Positions 20,748 to 30,612 of a stretch of DNA of 64,000 nt are shown here, piece after piece. Below the pieces are notes generated by a model. It saw only the letters and a list, made by a program, of their open reading frames with translations. It was not told the origin of the DNA and searched no databases. The DNA is from Myxococcota bacterium (GTDB lineage Bacteria > Myxococcota_A > Bradymonadia > UBA7976 > UBA1532). Location of the stretch: assembly GCA_036337435.1 (NCBI GenBank), contig JAYZEG010000033.1, forward strand, positions 24,744 to 88,743, given 5' to 3'. Made by a program: the position numbers and the translations under genes. Position 1 is the first letter of the stretch, and the number at the start of each line of letters is the position of its first letter.

Positions 20748-21239
20748 GTGACAACCTATGAACGCTCGGCAGGCATCATTCCGTTTCGGCGACTAGACGA
20801 TAAAATAGAGTTTCTACTTCTACACAGTCAGATGGTCAGAAATCCCGACGCTGCCTGGGAATTTCCAAAAGGCGGGATTGAGGACGGCGAAGAAGAGCAT
20901 GAAACGGCACTGAGAGAAGTCCGTGAAGAAACCTGTATGGTTGATGTTTCCCTGCTGCCCGATTTTCGAGATCAAGTAAAATACCAGTACCGCCGTAATG
21001 GCCAAAATATCGAGAAAACTGTCATCTTCTTCATGGGTGAAGTTCAAGACTGGGATTCTATTCCGGAGGCAGCACCGTCAAGAGAGCACAACCACCATCC
21101 CGAAGAAGGCATCTGGTTTCGCTGGGGTAGTGAAAAAGAAACCTCGGGCAAATTATTCCACCCGGGCATGCGCAGCCTCCTAGGACGGGCATCATTTTTC
21201 CTACACGAACATGACCGAATTAAAGGTGATGTCGGTTAA
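20748..21239 (+). CDS. Nudix hydrolase, Ap4A hydrolase-like
   Basis: ERSAGII, WEFPKGGIEDGEEEHETALREVREET and KTVIFF. The GTG at 20748 is preferred because a purine-rich SD precedes it. Confidence 0.8.
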   Translation: MTTYERSAGIIPFRRLDDKIEFLLLHSQMVRNPDAAWEFPKGGIEDGEEEHETALREVREETCMVDVSLLPDFRDQVKYQYRRNGQNIEKTVIFFMGEVQDWDSIPEAAPSREHNHHPEEGIWFRWGSEKETSGKLFHPGMRSLLGRASFFLHEHDRIKGDVG

Positions 21240-21244
21240 ACGGT

Positions 21245-21499
21245 CTACTCGACAGTGCCCTGGATTAACTCGTCAGCCGCTGCACTCACTGCATCCATAT
21301 CCGGCGCTGTCACCAACAGTGGGCCCAAAGCACCTAAGCTGTGGGCTGGGAGCGACGCCAGCTGTGTTTTGAGACCATTGGGCAATCGCTCGGCAAAGCG
21401 GTGTTCCAGAATTTGAATTAACAGGTCTCGCTGGCCCTGCACATACCCTTGTGCGAGCAACATGGCCTGATCTTTCACGTCAAGTGTTTGCGCCATCAT
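21245..21499 (-). CDS. Stand-alone DUF4351-like (Rpn/YhgA C-terminal-like) small protein
   Basis: QGYVQGQRDLLIQILEHRFAERLP..LKTQLASL...LGALG..L matches the G..EG...L.R.L..RFG.LP.....I..L....LE.L pattern. GAGGGG SD. Confidence 0.6.
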   Translation of the reverse strand: MMAQTLDVKDQAMLLAQGYVQGQRDLLIQILEHRFAERLPNGLKTQLASLPAHSLGALGPLLVTAPDMDAVSAAADELIQGTVE

Positions 21500-21710
21500 G
21501 AATGTCTATCCCCCTCAATCGCATGCGTTGTAGCACGCCTCCAACCCCATATTATCGAATTTAAGCTCAATAATATTTATCAAAATAAGATGAGGTACCC
21601 TCAGATGGTCAAAAAACGCCCAAGCTACCACTTAAACATTTGTAATCATTGACTATAAGTAATTCCTGGGGCAAGTGAACATAAGTTCAAAGTCTCTGTC
21701 ACTCGGCGCT

Positions 21711-22553
21711 TTATGACCGTTCCGTCTCGACCCGTGAAAACTCTGCGGCCGACTTGGTTAATCGGGCTTGCTGACGAACCTCAGGGTGGCTGTCTTGTAA
21801 ACAAGGCAGCAAAATGGCTCCATCCAATTTGAATGCCCCATCGCGTATGCCGATAAGACCCGCGCACCGGACGCCCGGATTTGAATCTTGCAAGGCAAGG
21901 AGACAATGTTCTCTTGCCCTCGCTGCACCAATCGCCACAAGCGCCCTGATGGCAAACACTCGAATGTGCGGATCGGGGTCGAGTACACACGCGTCGAGGG
22001 TCGATTCAATTTCTTTACCCGAGCCATGAGCCAGGCCACGAAGTGCCTGAATGCGTACGGCGGAATCGGGATCGTCACACGCCGTCAACAGAAACGCGAG
22101 GTCCAACGGTGTATTTAGCCGGATGAGTGCTTGCAAGCTTGCTCCCCTCACCTGACCGCATGAGTCATGGAGTGCCCAACGGCTCAAATCGTCAACCGAC
22201 CCTTGGTCGCCTAGCCAGCCCAACGCCCTTGCAATGGACGCTCTTACGACCGGTGAAGATTCGTCGGCCATAGAAGCTCGGAGCATGGATGCACTCGCCA
22301 TCTGACCGCAAAGTGCCAAACTCGACGCCGTCCACCTGCGGACAGCCGGTTCTTGATCGTTGAGCATCGGCAGTAAGAGGGCTGCAACAGTGGGCTTACG
22401 TAGCCACCCCAAAGCTCGAACAGCCGCGATGCGCACTTGCACCTGTTCACTTTTAAGCGCCCGCACCAACGTCGGGATATTGTCGGCGTCGCGCGTGAGT
22501 CCAAGGTCTATCAGTTCATCGGCATAAGGTCTGTCGGTGCCGCGCGTTGTCAC
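21711..22553 (-). CDS. HEAT-repeat (PBS lyase-like) protein
   Basis: About eight L.D....VR..A...L repeats. Confidence 0.85.
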   Translation of the reverse strand: MTTRGTDRPYADELIDLGLTRDADNIPTLVRALKSEQVQVRIAAVRALGWLRKPTVAALLLPMLNDQEPAVRRWTASSLALCGQMASASMLRASMADESSPVVRASIARALGWLGDQGSVDDLSRWALHDSCGQVRGASLQALIRLNTPLDLAFLLTACDDPDSAVRIQALRGLAHGSGKEIESTLDACVLDPDPHIRVFAIRALVAIGAARAREHCLLALQDSNPGVRCAGLIGIRDGAFKLDGAILLPCLQDSHPEVRQQARLTKSAAEFSRVETERS

Positions 22554-23398
22554 TAGGTCCCCTCACCTTCAGAAACCCAATGATCGGCCCTGCGAATAAT
22601 TCGATTCCGCTGCGTCCCAGACGGGCGATAATCGCGATCGCCCGGCAAAATGAGGTGCAACTCGTCGTCAACGAAGAGGGCTTGTGGGGCAATGGCAGTG
22701 TGGCAGCCCTGGGCGGGTCTCTGTAGGGCAGACCAATCTCGGTTCACCGTCTCCAAAATGCGTAATGTGGGCGGAGCCAATTGTATCTTTTTTTGTTGGT
22801 ATAGGGCCAATGCATCACCTGGCTCTAACCAGACGCCATCACTGGTCTCGAGCTGGTCAGATTCGGGCCATTGAGTCGGCGGCAACTCGGCGACAAAGAA
22901 ACGTGCATCAAATCGCCTTTTTTCGATGTCCGGTGTGATCCAGCGACTGAAATAAGACAAGCGGCTTAAATCGAGGGTGAGTTGGTATCGCTGTACAATG
23001 TCTTGAAACCCAATGTCTGAACGGTTGAGCGCATCGCGGCAGGGTCCAAAGATCTCTCGTCCCAGCGGTGTTTCAGCATCGATTGGATGACCGTCCCGAT
23101 TCGCAAATAAGATCCCGGCCTCTTCGTAGGTTTCACGCGCTGCCGCAATATAGTGAGATAAAGCGGGCAGCGTATAGACCTGAGGCACCGCGGCCGGACG
23201 GACAATATGCGGCGTCCACGATGGGCTCGTATCACTCTCATCGACCCGGCCTCCGGGAAAAACCATCACATTGGGCATAAAGGCGGACTTGGTATGGCGA
23301 CGAACCATAAACAGCTGTCGTCGAGGCTGCTCTCGGAAAATGAGAATGGTTGCGGCTTCTCGGATTGGACTGCCTTGATTCGAATTCACAGTATCCAC
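22553..23398 (-). CDS. Nudix hydrolase, NUDT19-like (acyl-CoA diphosphatase-type)
   Basis: AATILI, FMPNVMVFPGGRVD, AAARETYEEAGI, WITP...RRFDARFF and LAPPT. Confidence 0.85.
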   Translation of the reverse strand: MDTVNSNQGSPIREAATILIFREQPRRQLFMVRRHTKSAFMPNVMVFPGGRVDESDTSPSWTPHIVRPAAVPQVYTLPALSHYIAAARETYEEAGILFANRDGHPIDAETPLGREIFGPCRDALNRSDIGFQDIVQRYQLTLDLSRLSYFSRWITPDIEKRRFDARFFVAELPPTQWPESDQLETSDGVWLEPGDALALYQQKKIQLAPPTLRILETVNRDWSALQRPAQGCHTAIAPQALFVDDELHLILPGDRDYRPSGTQRNRIIRRADHWVSEGEGT

Positions 23399-23418
23399 GA
23401 TGGCTTTGTCTATGCCCC

Positions 23419-24351
23419 TTATTGTGTTTTCAAAATTCGCTTTTCGAGTGCACCACCGGCGAGCATCCAGTGCTCCTGTTCAGCAGAACGATACTTGAGG
23501 ACAGCCAAGCCAATGGACCCGTCAGCACCGGCACTCTTGCAACTCGTGATGCGGCCAATGACGCGGCTATCGTGAGATATTTCTTGCCCTATTTTCAATT
23601 CGAATTTTGCTTTTACAGGCACCAATTTCATAGACGGCCGGCCAAGGGCGATGGTGCGTTCGATGACTTCTTGGCCAGGGTAGCAGCCTTTACCATCGGT
23701 GATTCCATCAAGTGCACCGATGTCCAGTGGAGTGTAGGTTTCCGCAAATTCATTTGGTGCCGACGGCAGCCCTTGCAAAACACGTTCATATTCCAGGCGC
23801 CTGAGCTCAACGTCAGGCTGACCGACATTTTTTAGTTCGGTTAATATGGGATCGGGCTCGTCAAACAAAGGCAGGACCATATAGACAGGCAGACCATACC
23901 GCCCTGTCTTGACCACTCGGTAAGACCGAGCATCGAATCGACAGGTTTTCGCGGCATAATGCAGGTCGGTCATCTCGCCGATATCCAGTGGCGCCAGTGA
24001 TGGGTGGTCGGCTGCGCCGATGACAAAGTAAGCCTTTTCCAAATCTACAGGTTGAAGATCGAAATCTTCGCCGAAATGATACATATCGAGTAGGCCGATT
24101 AAGGTCTCCGCCTGGGTTGTATGACAGCTGACAATAAAGGCATCTGAATCGAGACGATAACATTCAAAACCAACCTGAATCTTGCCCCGTGCCGACAAAA
24201 TAAATGCTCGCGAGCCGTGTCCGTCATCAAGCGCGTCGACAGCATAGCTGGCCAAACGAGCGAGGAAGCTGCCCGTGTCGGCCCCGGCTGCATAAAAATA
24301 AACCCAATTCGGTCCGCTTTCTAAAAGCATCATCGCACCAACTCCACCCAT
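23419..24351 (-). CDS. ygfZ: YgfZ/GcvT-like folate-binding Fe-S maturation protein
   Basis: Signature KGCYPGQE, plus LSARGKI and IGRITS. Confidence 0.85.
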   Translation of the reverse strand: MGGVGAMMLLESGPNWVYFYAAGADTGSFLARLASYAVDALDDGHGSRAFILSARGKIQVGFECYRLDSDAFIVSCHTTQAETLIGLLDMYHFGEDFDLQPVDLEKAYFVIGAADHPSLAPLDIGEMTDLHYAAKTCRFDARSYRVVKTGRYGLPVYMVLPLFDEPDPILTELKNVGQPDVELRRLEYERVLQGLPSAPNEFAETYTPLDIGALDGITDGKGCYPGQEVIERTIALGRPSMKLVPVKAKFELKIGQEISHDSRVIGRITSCKSAGADGSIGLAVLKYRSAEQEHWMLAGGALEKRILKTQ

Positions 24352-24429
24352 CTCACCTTATCGAGACGGCCTCTACTCCACTTGACCACACCGGCCATGA
24401 CCCTCAACCTTCCCTGTCTGACGATCATG

Positions 24430-25080
24430 CTATATCAGTAAACCGCCGAGGGTAAGTACATCCGCGAGACGACGCCCATGACGATGTTTTTCGGGTACGG
24501 TCTCGATCCCAGCCAGGAGCATCTGTCCGTGCTCAGTCAGGCAGCGGGCGGCATGATCGATCCAAACGTATCGAGCGCTCGAATCATCCTTATTGAGCGC
24601 ATACTGAACATGTTCGGAGAATGCGCGTAACTCTTGGGCCGCCGCGATTGCAGAGGATCGTTTTTTGAGTAGCTCATTGCGCTCTTTTTCCAACGATTCA
24701 AGACGAGACGCCTCTTCCCACTGCTTCGACTTTGATTTGAGAAGGCGGTTTTTTGAACGTTGCTCGGCTGCGTGTTTGATTTGAACGCTGAGTGTATTCA
24801 AGCGCCGCTCAGTGGATGGTAGGTCAGCTTGCAGCGCACCGAGATTTACTTTTAATTCATTAATCCGGCGGATCTGTTTTGTATACTCTGTATTGATGCG
24901 GATAAAGCCCAACTCTTCCAAAGATGCAAACAGTATGTCGGCTGCGTCTGAATTCGCCGGGCTTGATTCATCAACAAGCATTGAATCGAGTGGAGGGCCG
25001 TTGACAATGCGCTTCAGTGCATCGAAAATTACAGCACATTCGCTATTTCCAAGCCGTGCATATGGTGCTAGCTCATTCAT
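24430..25080 (-). CDS. Hypothetical protein with a central coiled coil
   Basis: A 216-aa ORF filling the gap, with a charged, heptad-rich central region. Confidence 0.6.
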   Translation of the reverse strand: MNELAPYARLGNSECAVIFDALKRIVNGPPLDSMLVDESSPANSDAADILFASLEELGFIRINTEYTKQIRRINELKVNLGALQADLPSTERRLNTLSVQIKHAAEQRSKNRLLKSKSKQWEEASRLESLEKERNELLKKRSSAIAAAQELRAFSEHVQYALNKDDSSARYVWIDHAARCLTEHGQMLLAGIETVPEKHRHGRRLADVLTLGGLLI

Positions 25081-25317
25081 TATTGTCCGAAAGTGAACGT
25101 CTCAGATGAAGCCACTGTACCGAAGAGCGTGCCCCGGGTCACTCAAGTAAGTGAATCAGATTGTTCAAAAATGGAAAGTTCACTTCACTTTCGGGGCAAG
25201 ACCGAGGCAAGATGCGGCCGCCTGGTTTGATTGAAAGCGAAATCATTGGCCTGGCAATGTTGGATAGTGCCGGAGCAGGGCGTCTGGCTAGTCAAACCTG
25301 GATGTGAAGGAATTGAA

Positions 25318-26595
25318 ATGAACGGATCATTGAGTGACTCAACAGAGTTTGATGTTTGCATCGTCGGAACCGGCCGGGTGGGTCTGCCACTCGCCTTGTC
25401 GATGTTGGAATCGGGTCTACGAGTTACGGGCTTGGATGTTGATCCTAGCATTAGAGAATCGATCAATCGAGGCATCATGCCTTTTGCTGAGCCAGGCTAC
25501 GATGAGTTGATTGCACAGCAAACCCTCCAAGTATCAGGTGACCCCTCGATCGTTGAATCGGCTGCATCGATTATTATTACTGTAGGAACGCCCCTTCACA
25601 CTCACATTGAAACGGATCTGGACCAAATACGGAGGGTATTGGACAGCATCGGTCCACACCTTCGGGCGGGCCAATTAGTTTGCTTGAGAAGCACTGTAGG
25701 CCCGGGTACGACGCAATTCGTTGAAAAATGGATCGAACGGAACACGGCACTGAGGGTGGGTGATACCTTGTCACTGGCGTTTTGCCCAGAACGAATCGCT
25801 GAGGGCAAAGCGTACGAAGAGCTTCGGACTCTAACTCAGATTATCGGCACAGAAGATCGGAGGAGTGCACAGCGGGCCGAACAACTCTTCAGTGGTCTGG
25901 CCCCAGATGTGATGCATACCGATTATGTCAGTGCAGAACTGGTTAAACTGTTCAACAACATCGCACGCTACGTCCACTTTGCGGTCGCCAATCAATTTGC
26001 CCTCGTCGCCGATACGTTTGGGGCCAACATTTACGAAATCCGACGCATGGCAAATCATAATTATCCCCGGAGTCACATTGCGATGCCGGGACTGACTGCG
26101 GGCACCTGTCTTAGAAAAGACTTCGGCATGATCAACGAGTGGAGTCCATACCCAGACATGCTACTCGCAGCATGGAAAATGAACGAGTTTATTCCAACAT
26201 TCTTGGTCACCCACCTGAAGCAGAGGACCGCGATACACGACCAGAAGGTCGCCGTCTTGGGCTATACATTTAAGATGGATACAGACGATACACGGGACAG
26301 TTTGGTGCCCAAACTTGTGCGCTATTTAGAGCGAGAAATGCCATCTGAAATCCGGGTGAGCGATCACCATCTTGAGGCTGAGATTCAGCTCAGTCCATCT
26401 CGCAGACTTGAAAATTGGAGCGCGGCGGACGCATGTCGCGACGCTGATTGTATCTTCGTCGCGACCAATCACAGTGGCTATGACACCATTCTAAAGCAGG
26501 TCGGTCAGGACAACCCTCAAGCCTGGGTTGTCGATATTTGGAATGTGGGTAAAGCTGATAAAATTTTCTACCAAGCTGACGTGCTTCGGGATTAG
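25318..26595 (+). CDS. Nucleotide-sugar 6-dehydrogenase (UDP-ManNAc/UDP-Glc/GDP-Man dehydrogenase family)
   Basis: GTGRVGLP, VGTP, RSTVGPGTT, CPERIAEG, AELVKLFNN and AGTCLRKD (catalytic Cys). The ATG at 25318 has a GAAGG SD. Confidence 0.9.
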   Translation: MNGSLSDSTEFDVCIVGTGRVGLPLALSMLESGLRVTGLDVDPSIRESINRGIMPFAEPGYDELIAQQTLQVSGDPSIVESAASIIITVGTPLHTHIETDLDQIRRVLDSIGPHLRAGQLVCLRSTVGPGTTQFVEKWIERNTALRVGDTLSLAFCPERIAEGKAYEELRTLTQIIGTEDRRSAQRAEQLFSGLAPDVMHTDYVSAELVKLFNNIARYVHFAVANQFALVADTFGANIYEIRRMANHNYPRSHIAMPGLTAGTCLRKDFGMINEWSPYPDMLLAAWKMNEFIPTFLVTHLKQRTAIHDQKVAVLGYTFKMDTDDTRDSLVPKLVRYLEREMPSEIRVSDHHLEAEIQLSPSRRLENWSAADACRDADCIFVATNHSGYDTILKQVGQDNPQAWVVDIWNVGKADKIFYQADVLRD

Positions 26596-26606
26596 GGAGA
26601 TAAAGG

Positions 26607-27587
26607 ATGCAGACACATCTAGTAACGGGCGGAAGCGGCTTCATAGGTGCTGGGCTTGTCAAAGAGTTGCTCGCCGAGAACCATCGGGTTCGCGTCTTCG
26701 ATGATAATTCACGCGGTCATCTGAGGCGTCTGGCTGATGTGATCGACAAACTCGAATTCATCGAAGGAAACGTCTGTGATGGAGATGCTGTCCGCCGCGC
26801 GACTGAGGGATGCGACGTCGTTTGGCACCTTGCCTATATTAATGGAACACGCCACTTCTATGAACGCCCAGATGCGGTCCTCGAAGTGGGGGTTAAAGGC
26901 ACCCTGAACACGATTGATGCAGCCATTGAAAGTGGGGTCACACGGTATGTTTTTGCCAGCACGAGCGAGACCTACAATACGCCAACGCATATTCCGACCA
27001 CGGAGACGGAGCGTTTGATGATCCCGGATATCACGAATCCGAGATTCAGCTACGGTGGTGGAAAAATTACAGGTGAGTTGCTCACACTGCACTACGCGGG
27101 CCGTCGTGGTCTAGAAACGGTCATCGTCAGACCGCATAATATCTATGGTCCGGATATGGGTTTTGCGCACGTGATACCGGAAGTCATCGAACGAATCATT
27201 GATGTCACGGACGGATTGACCAACACACGTGTGGAATTGGATATACAGGGCGATGGGAGTGAGACCCGGGCATTCTGCTACATAGATGACGGCGCGCGGG
27301 GCTTTCGAATCGCAGGCGTACAGGGTGAGACCGGCCATGTTTATCATTTGGGACAAACCCATGAAGTAAGCATTGCCGATTTGATTTTAAGCATTGGGCG
27401 CGTCCTTGGCGTTGAACTGAGCCTCAAACCGGGTCCATTGCGTGCAGGTGGGACTCATAGACGTTGTCCGGATGTGAGTAAATTGGAAGCTCTGGGTTAT
27501 CGTGCTCAGGTCGACTTAGACGACGGACTCGGGAAAACAGTCGAATGGTATGCGCGTACTTTTATGGCAAGACGAAGCGGTAAATAA
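26607..27587 (+). CDS. NAD-dependent nucleotide-sugar epimerase/dehydratase (extended SDR)
   Basis: TGGSGFIG, ASTSETY, YGGGK, RPHNIYGP and GDGSETRAFCYIDD. Confidence 0.9.
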   Translation: MQTHLVTGGSGFIGAGLVKELLAENHRVRVFDDNSRGHLRRLADVIDKLEFIEGNVCDGDAVRRATEGCDVVWHLAYINGTRHFYERPDAVLEVGVKGTLNTIDAAIESGVTRYVFASTSETYNTPTHIPTTETERLMIPDITNPRFSYGGGKITGELLTLHYAGRRGLETVIVRPHNIYGPDMGFAHVIPEVIERIIDVTDGLTNTRVELDIQGDGSETRAFCYIDDGARGFRIAGVQGETGHVYHLGQTHEVSIADLILSIGRVLGVELSLKPGPLRAGGTHRRCPDVSKLEALGYRAQVDLDDGLGKTVEWYARTFMARRSGK

Positions 27588-27590
27588 GTT

Positions 27591-28568
27591 GTGGAAACCG
27601 ACGTTAAAAACGCTCATCCGTTGCCTCAGGATGTCTTACACAAATTAAAGCGGCGCTCTGTGCTCGTGACCGGAGCCAACGGTTTCCTCGGAGAGTATGT
27701 TTGCCGCTCACTCAAAGCAGCCGGCGCATGCCTCTTGGTGCCCGGTCGGTCGGAGCTGGACCTGTCAAACCAAGCTCAGGTCGAGCAATATTTCTGTGCA
27801 AACACACCTGAATTTGTTGTTCACTTAGCTGCCGAATGTGGCGGCATAGGCGCAAATCTTGAGAATCCCGGTCGATACCTCTATGCCAATGCCCTGATGG
27901 GTCTGTTGCTCATTGAAGCATCGCGAAAGTTTGGGGTCGAAAAATTCGTTCTCATCAGTACCACCTGTGCTTACCCGAAGGATGCACCAATACCGCTCAA
28001 AGAAGACACCATTTGCGACGGACCACCGGTCGGGGCAACTGGGCCCTATGGTCTAGCGAAACGCTTGCTACACGACGCCTTGTTCGCCTACAAAGCCCAA
28101 TATAATTTCAACGGGGTCGTTCTAGTCCCTGCAAATTTATACGGGCCTGGTGATCACTTCGAACCTGATCGCAGCCATGTTGTGCCTGCGATGATTAGAC
28201 GCTACGTCGATGCGAAGGCAGCCATGCTGCCCTATGTTGTCAATTGGGGAACGGGTCAACCGTCCCGTGAGTTTCTTCATGCACGAGATGCAGCTGAAGC
28301 GATTACTTTGGCCCTGGTGCGCCATTCAGATCCCGCTCCAGTCAATCTTGGCACCGGGGTTGAAACGCCAATAGCCGAATTGGCTCAGTACATCGCACAG
28401 CACGCCCAATACGAGGGCGAGCTCAGGTGGGACACAAGCAAACCCGATGGTCAGCCGAGACGATGCCTCGATACAAGTCGTGCAGCCGCCTTTGGCTTTA
28501 AAGCACGGACCACACTCTCGAACGGGCTTCAAGAAACCGTCGCTTGGTACAAAAAGCAATGTCGATAA
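27591..28568 (+). CDS. fcl: GDP-L-fucose synthase family (GDP-4-keto-6-deoxymannose epimerase/reductase)
   Basis: HLAAECGGIGAN, CAYPK, YGLAK, PANLYGPGDHF..SHVVPA, WGTGQPSREFL and KPDGQPRRCLD. Confidence 0.88.
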   Translation: METDVKNAHPLPQDVLHKLKRRSVLVTGANGFLGEYVCRSLKAAGACLLVPGRSELDLSNQAQVEQYFCANTPEFVVHLAAECGGIGANLENPGRYLYANALMGLLLIEASRKFGVEKFVLISTTCAYPKDAPIPLKEDTICDGPPVGATGPYGLAKRLLHDALFAYKAQYNFNGVVLVPANLYGPGDHFEPDRSHVVPAMIRRYVDAKAAMLPYVVNWGTGQPSREFLHARDAAEAITLALVRHSDPAPVNLGTGVETPIAELAQYIAQHAQYEGELRWDTSKPDGQPRRCLDTSRAAAFGFKARTTLSNGLQETVAWYKKQCR

Positions 28569-28664
28569 ACTTACTGTTAGATTTCCGAAAGAAAGAGGGA
28601 TAAACTTTCGCTTAAGAAGAAGCAGGGGGGCTTTTTTTTAGAGGCAGGCCGAAAGGAATCAAGG

Positions 28665-29570
28665 ATGATCGAGGTGAGACGTTACCAAGCGTCTAACTTT
28701 TTGGAAGTCACAACGTTTCTACGTTCAATTCAATCGCTTGATCCCGACTTTGATGCGCCTGAAGAAGCAGCCTTCGCGAGTTTCGTTAATCAATCAGTCA
28801 ATCGCGGCGGCAAGGACTTCCGGCTGGCCTACGTCGGAGACCGCTTGGTTGGGGCGTTATTTTCGGGTCGCTACCGGGTTCTTGACCGCGCACACTGGGT
28901 GCGCGGTTTTAGAATTATTGTGAATCCGCAAGGCCGCGCTTTAGGTGCAGCTGACATACTGCATGACGTCTTGAATGATCAAGATAAAGACAGCGAACTC
29001 ATTCATAGAACCGTGCTTGCTGGTGAGCAGTCATGCGATTCCGACTTGCTCAATGACCGAGGTTTTGAGCTCGTTCAACGAATCATGGTCATGCGTCGTC
29101 AAGGCCCTCCGCCTCCGCTGACTGTCTTGCCGCCGGACTTCACGCTTCGCGATGCAGACATCCAGCAAGACGCTCCGTTCATCACGCAACTCAGTAACGT
29201 TGCAAATCGACGGACCTTTGGGTTTGCGCCATTGCTTGAAAGCGAACTGAAGGAAACCGTCGATGCACCTGGCGGTCGTTTATTGGTGCTGGAGTCGAAG
29301 AGAGGCCGCGTGGTGGGGTCCGCCCAAACTCTTCCTTTCTTTGATAACATCGGTGTTCTCCACAGTGTCTACGTTGACCCCGAGTTCCAAGGTCGCGGAC
29401 TGGGTCGATTTCTGGTTTTAGCCGCATTAAATGCACTCGCCCAACATGGGTTTAGACGTATTGAGCTCAGCGTCGACGAGAAAAATATTACAGCCAACAA
29501 CTTGTATAGTACTCTGGATTTTGAGGTCTATCGCGTAGACGAAACATTCGAACGTATTCGAGCTAAATGA
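28665..29570 (+). CDS. Tandem GNAT N-acetyltransferase
   Basis: Two acetyl-CoA motifs, IVNPQGRALG and VYVDPEFQGRGLG, plus N..A..LY..LDF. Confidence 0.8.
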   Translation: MIEVRRYQASNFLEVTTFLRSIQSLDPDFDAPEEAAFASFVNQSVNRGGKDFRLAYVGDRLVGALFSGRYRVLDRAHWVRGFRIIVNPQGRALGAADILHDVLNDQDKDSELIHRTVLAGEQSCDSDLLNDRGFELVQRIMVMRRQGPPPPLTVLPPDFTLRDADIQQDAPFITQLSNVANRRTFGFAPLLESELKETVDAPGGRLLVLESKRGRVVGSAQTLPFFDNIGVLHSVYVDPEFQGRGLGRFLVLAALNALAQHGFRRIELSVDEKNITANNLYSTLDFEVYRVDETFERIRAK

Positions 29571-30520
29571 ATTTACTCATCACGGGTATCAGCGGGGCCA
29601 TCGGCCAAGCGGTCGTCAAATATCTCACTCATCACAACCGATTCGGGCGAATCCTCGCAATCGACAGGCAACCGCCGTCACGGCTTGGTCCATGCCACTT
29701 TATCAAAGCCAATCTCAATCAAATTGAGCTGGCTGACATTCTCATTACCCACGATATTCAATGCGTCATTCATCTCGCAGGAGCAGGCCAGAGTGGCAAT
29801 CCAAGAATGGAGTCGCAGACTGCACTGAAGGTTCTGAAAGCAGCCGCCGCCGCTGGGTGCGACCGTGTCGTTATCCCGAGTCGAGATTGGGTTTATCGGT
29901 CCAGCGATGAGCCGAGCACCGAGAGTGCGCCCTTGCGTGTATCACGATTGATGAGCAAGGGCTTGAGTGCGGCAAAAACTCATTTTGCTGCACGTTTAGG
30001 GTGGGCACCGGTGGAAGCAAAGCTGCTGCTGGAGTCTGTTATTTCTAATTTCATCAACAATGGGCCAGCCTGTGGCGTTGTTGTTCCGCGATTTTGTACA
30101 GTCCTCAGTGATTCACAGACGCTCGCGATTCGACAATTATTTGATGCGCCGTTTTTACTGTCATCGCAGAAGAATGAGCCTCGCTTTCAATTTTTGCACA
30201 TCGATGACGCCGCACGCTTTCTAATTACATGTGCACATAAGGCTGGTTTGTCCGGAGCCTACAATGTGGCAGGACACGATCAACTGACTCTGACGGCTGT
30301 GGCGGGCATTTTGGAGAAGCGGATTATCCACCTACCAAACTGGATCTTTGGGTTTGTCTTAAACATCTTTGCCCGCCTTCGCTTATTTGGATTCAGCCAG
30401 AGTGCATTGGTCAAGTTGCAACTCGCCACAGCACTCTCTGTTGAACGGGCATCAGAGGTGCTTGGCAAACCAACATTGACCAGCAGACAGGCACTTGCGC
30501 TGTGGCGAACGACTCAATGA
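29567..30520 (+). CDS. NAD(P)-dependent epimerase/dehydratase-like SDR
   Basis: ITGISGAIG, VIHLAG, QFLHIDDAA and GAYNVAG. ATGA overlap with the GNAT gene. Confidence 0.75.
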   Translation: MNLLITGISGAIGQAVVKYLTHHNRFGRILAIDRQPPSRLGPCHFIKANLNQIELADILITHDIQCVIHLAGAGQSGNPRMESQTALKVLKAAAAAGCDRVVIPSRDWVYRSSDEPSTESAPLRVSRLMSKGLSAAKTHFAARLGWAPVEAKLLLESVISNFINNGPACGVVVPRFCTVLSDSQTLAIRQLFDAPFLLSSQKNEPRFQFLHIDDAARFLITCAHKAGLSGAYNVAGHDQLTLTAVAGILEKRIIHLPNWIFGFVLNIFARLRLFGFSQSALVKLQLATALSVERASEVLGKPTLTSRQALALWRTTQ

Positions 30521-30612
30521 ACGCACGACTGCCCCTGCTGGATGGTCTGCACTAGAAATCAATTCGTGAACGCGTTAGCGTCCCGGATGACCAATACAAA
30601 CGAGTCGAGTTT

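Noticed and set aside
21245..21499. Possible transposase or IS element
   Set aside because: Only a C-terminal-like helical domain is present. No catalytic domain, terminal inverted repeats or target duplication were seen.
21449..21652. 67-aa ORF in the AT-rich gap
   Set aside because: It overlaps the DUF4351-like gene on the opposite strand and has no SD. The region looks regulatory.
28614..28640. Possible intrinsic terminator after fcl (AAGAAGAAGC...GCTTTTTTTT)
   Set aside because: The GC stem is too short and weak to call with confidence.
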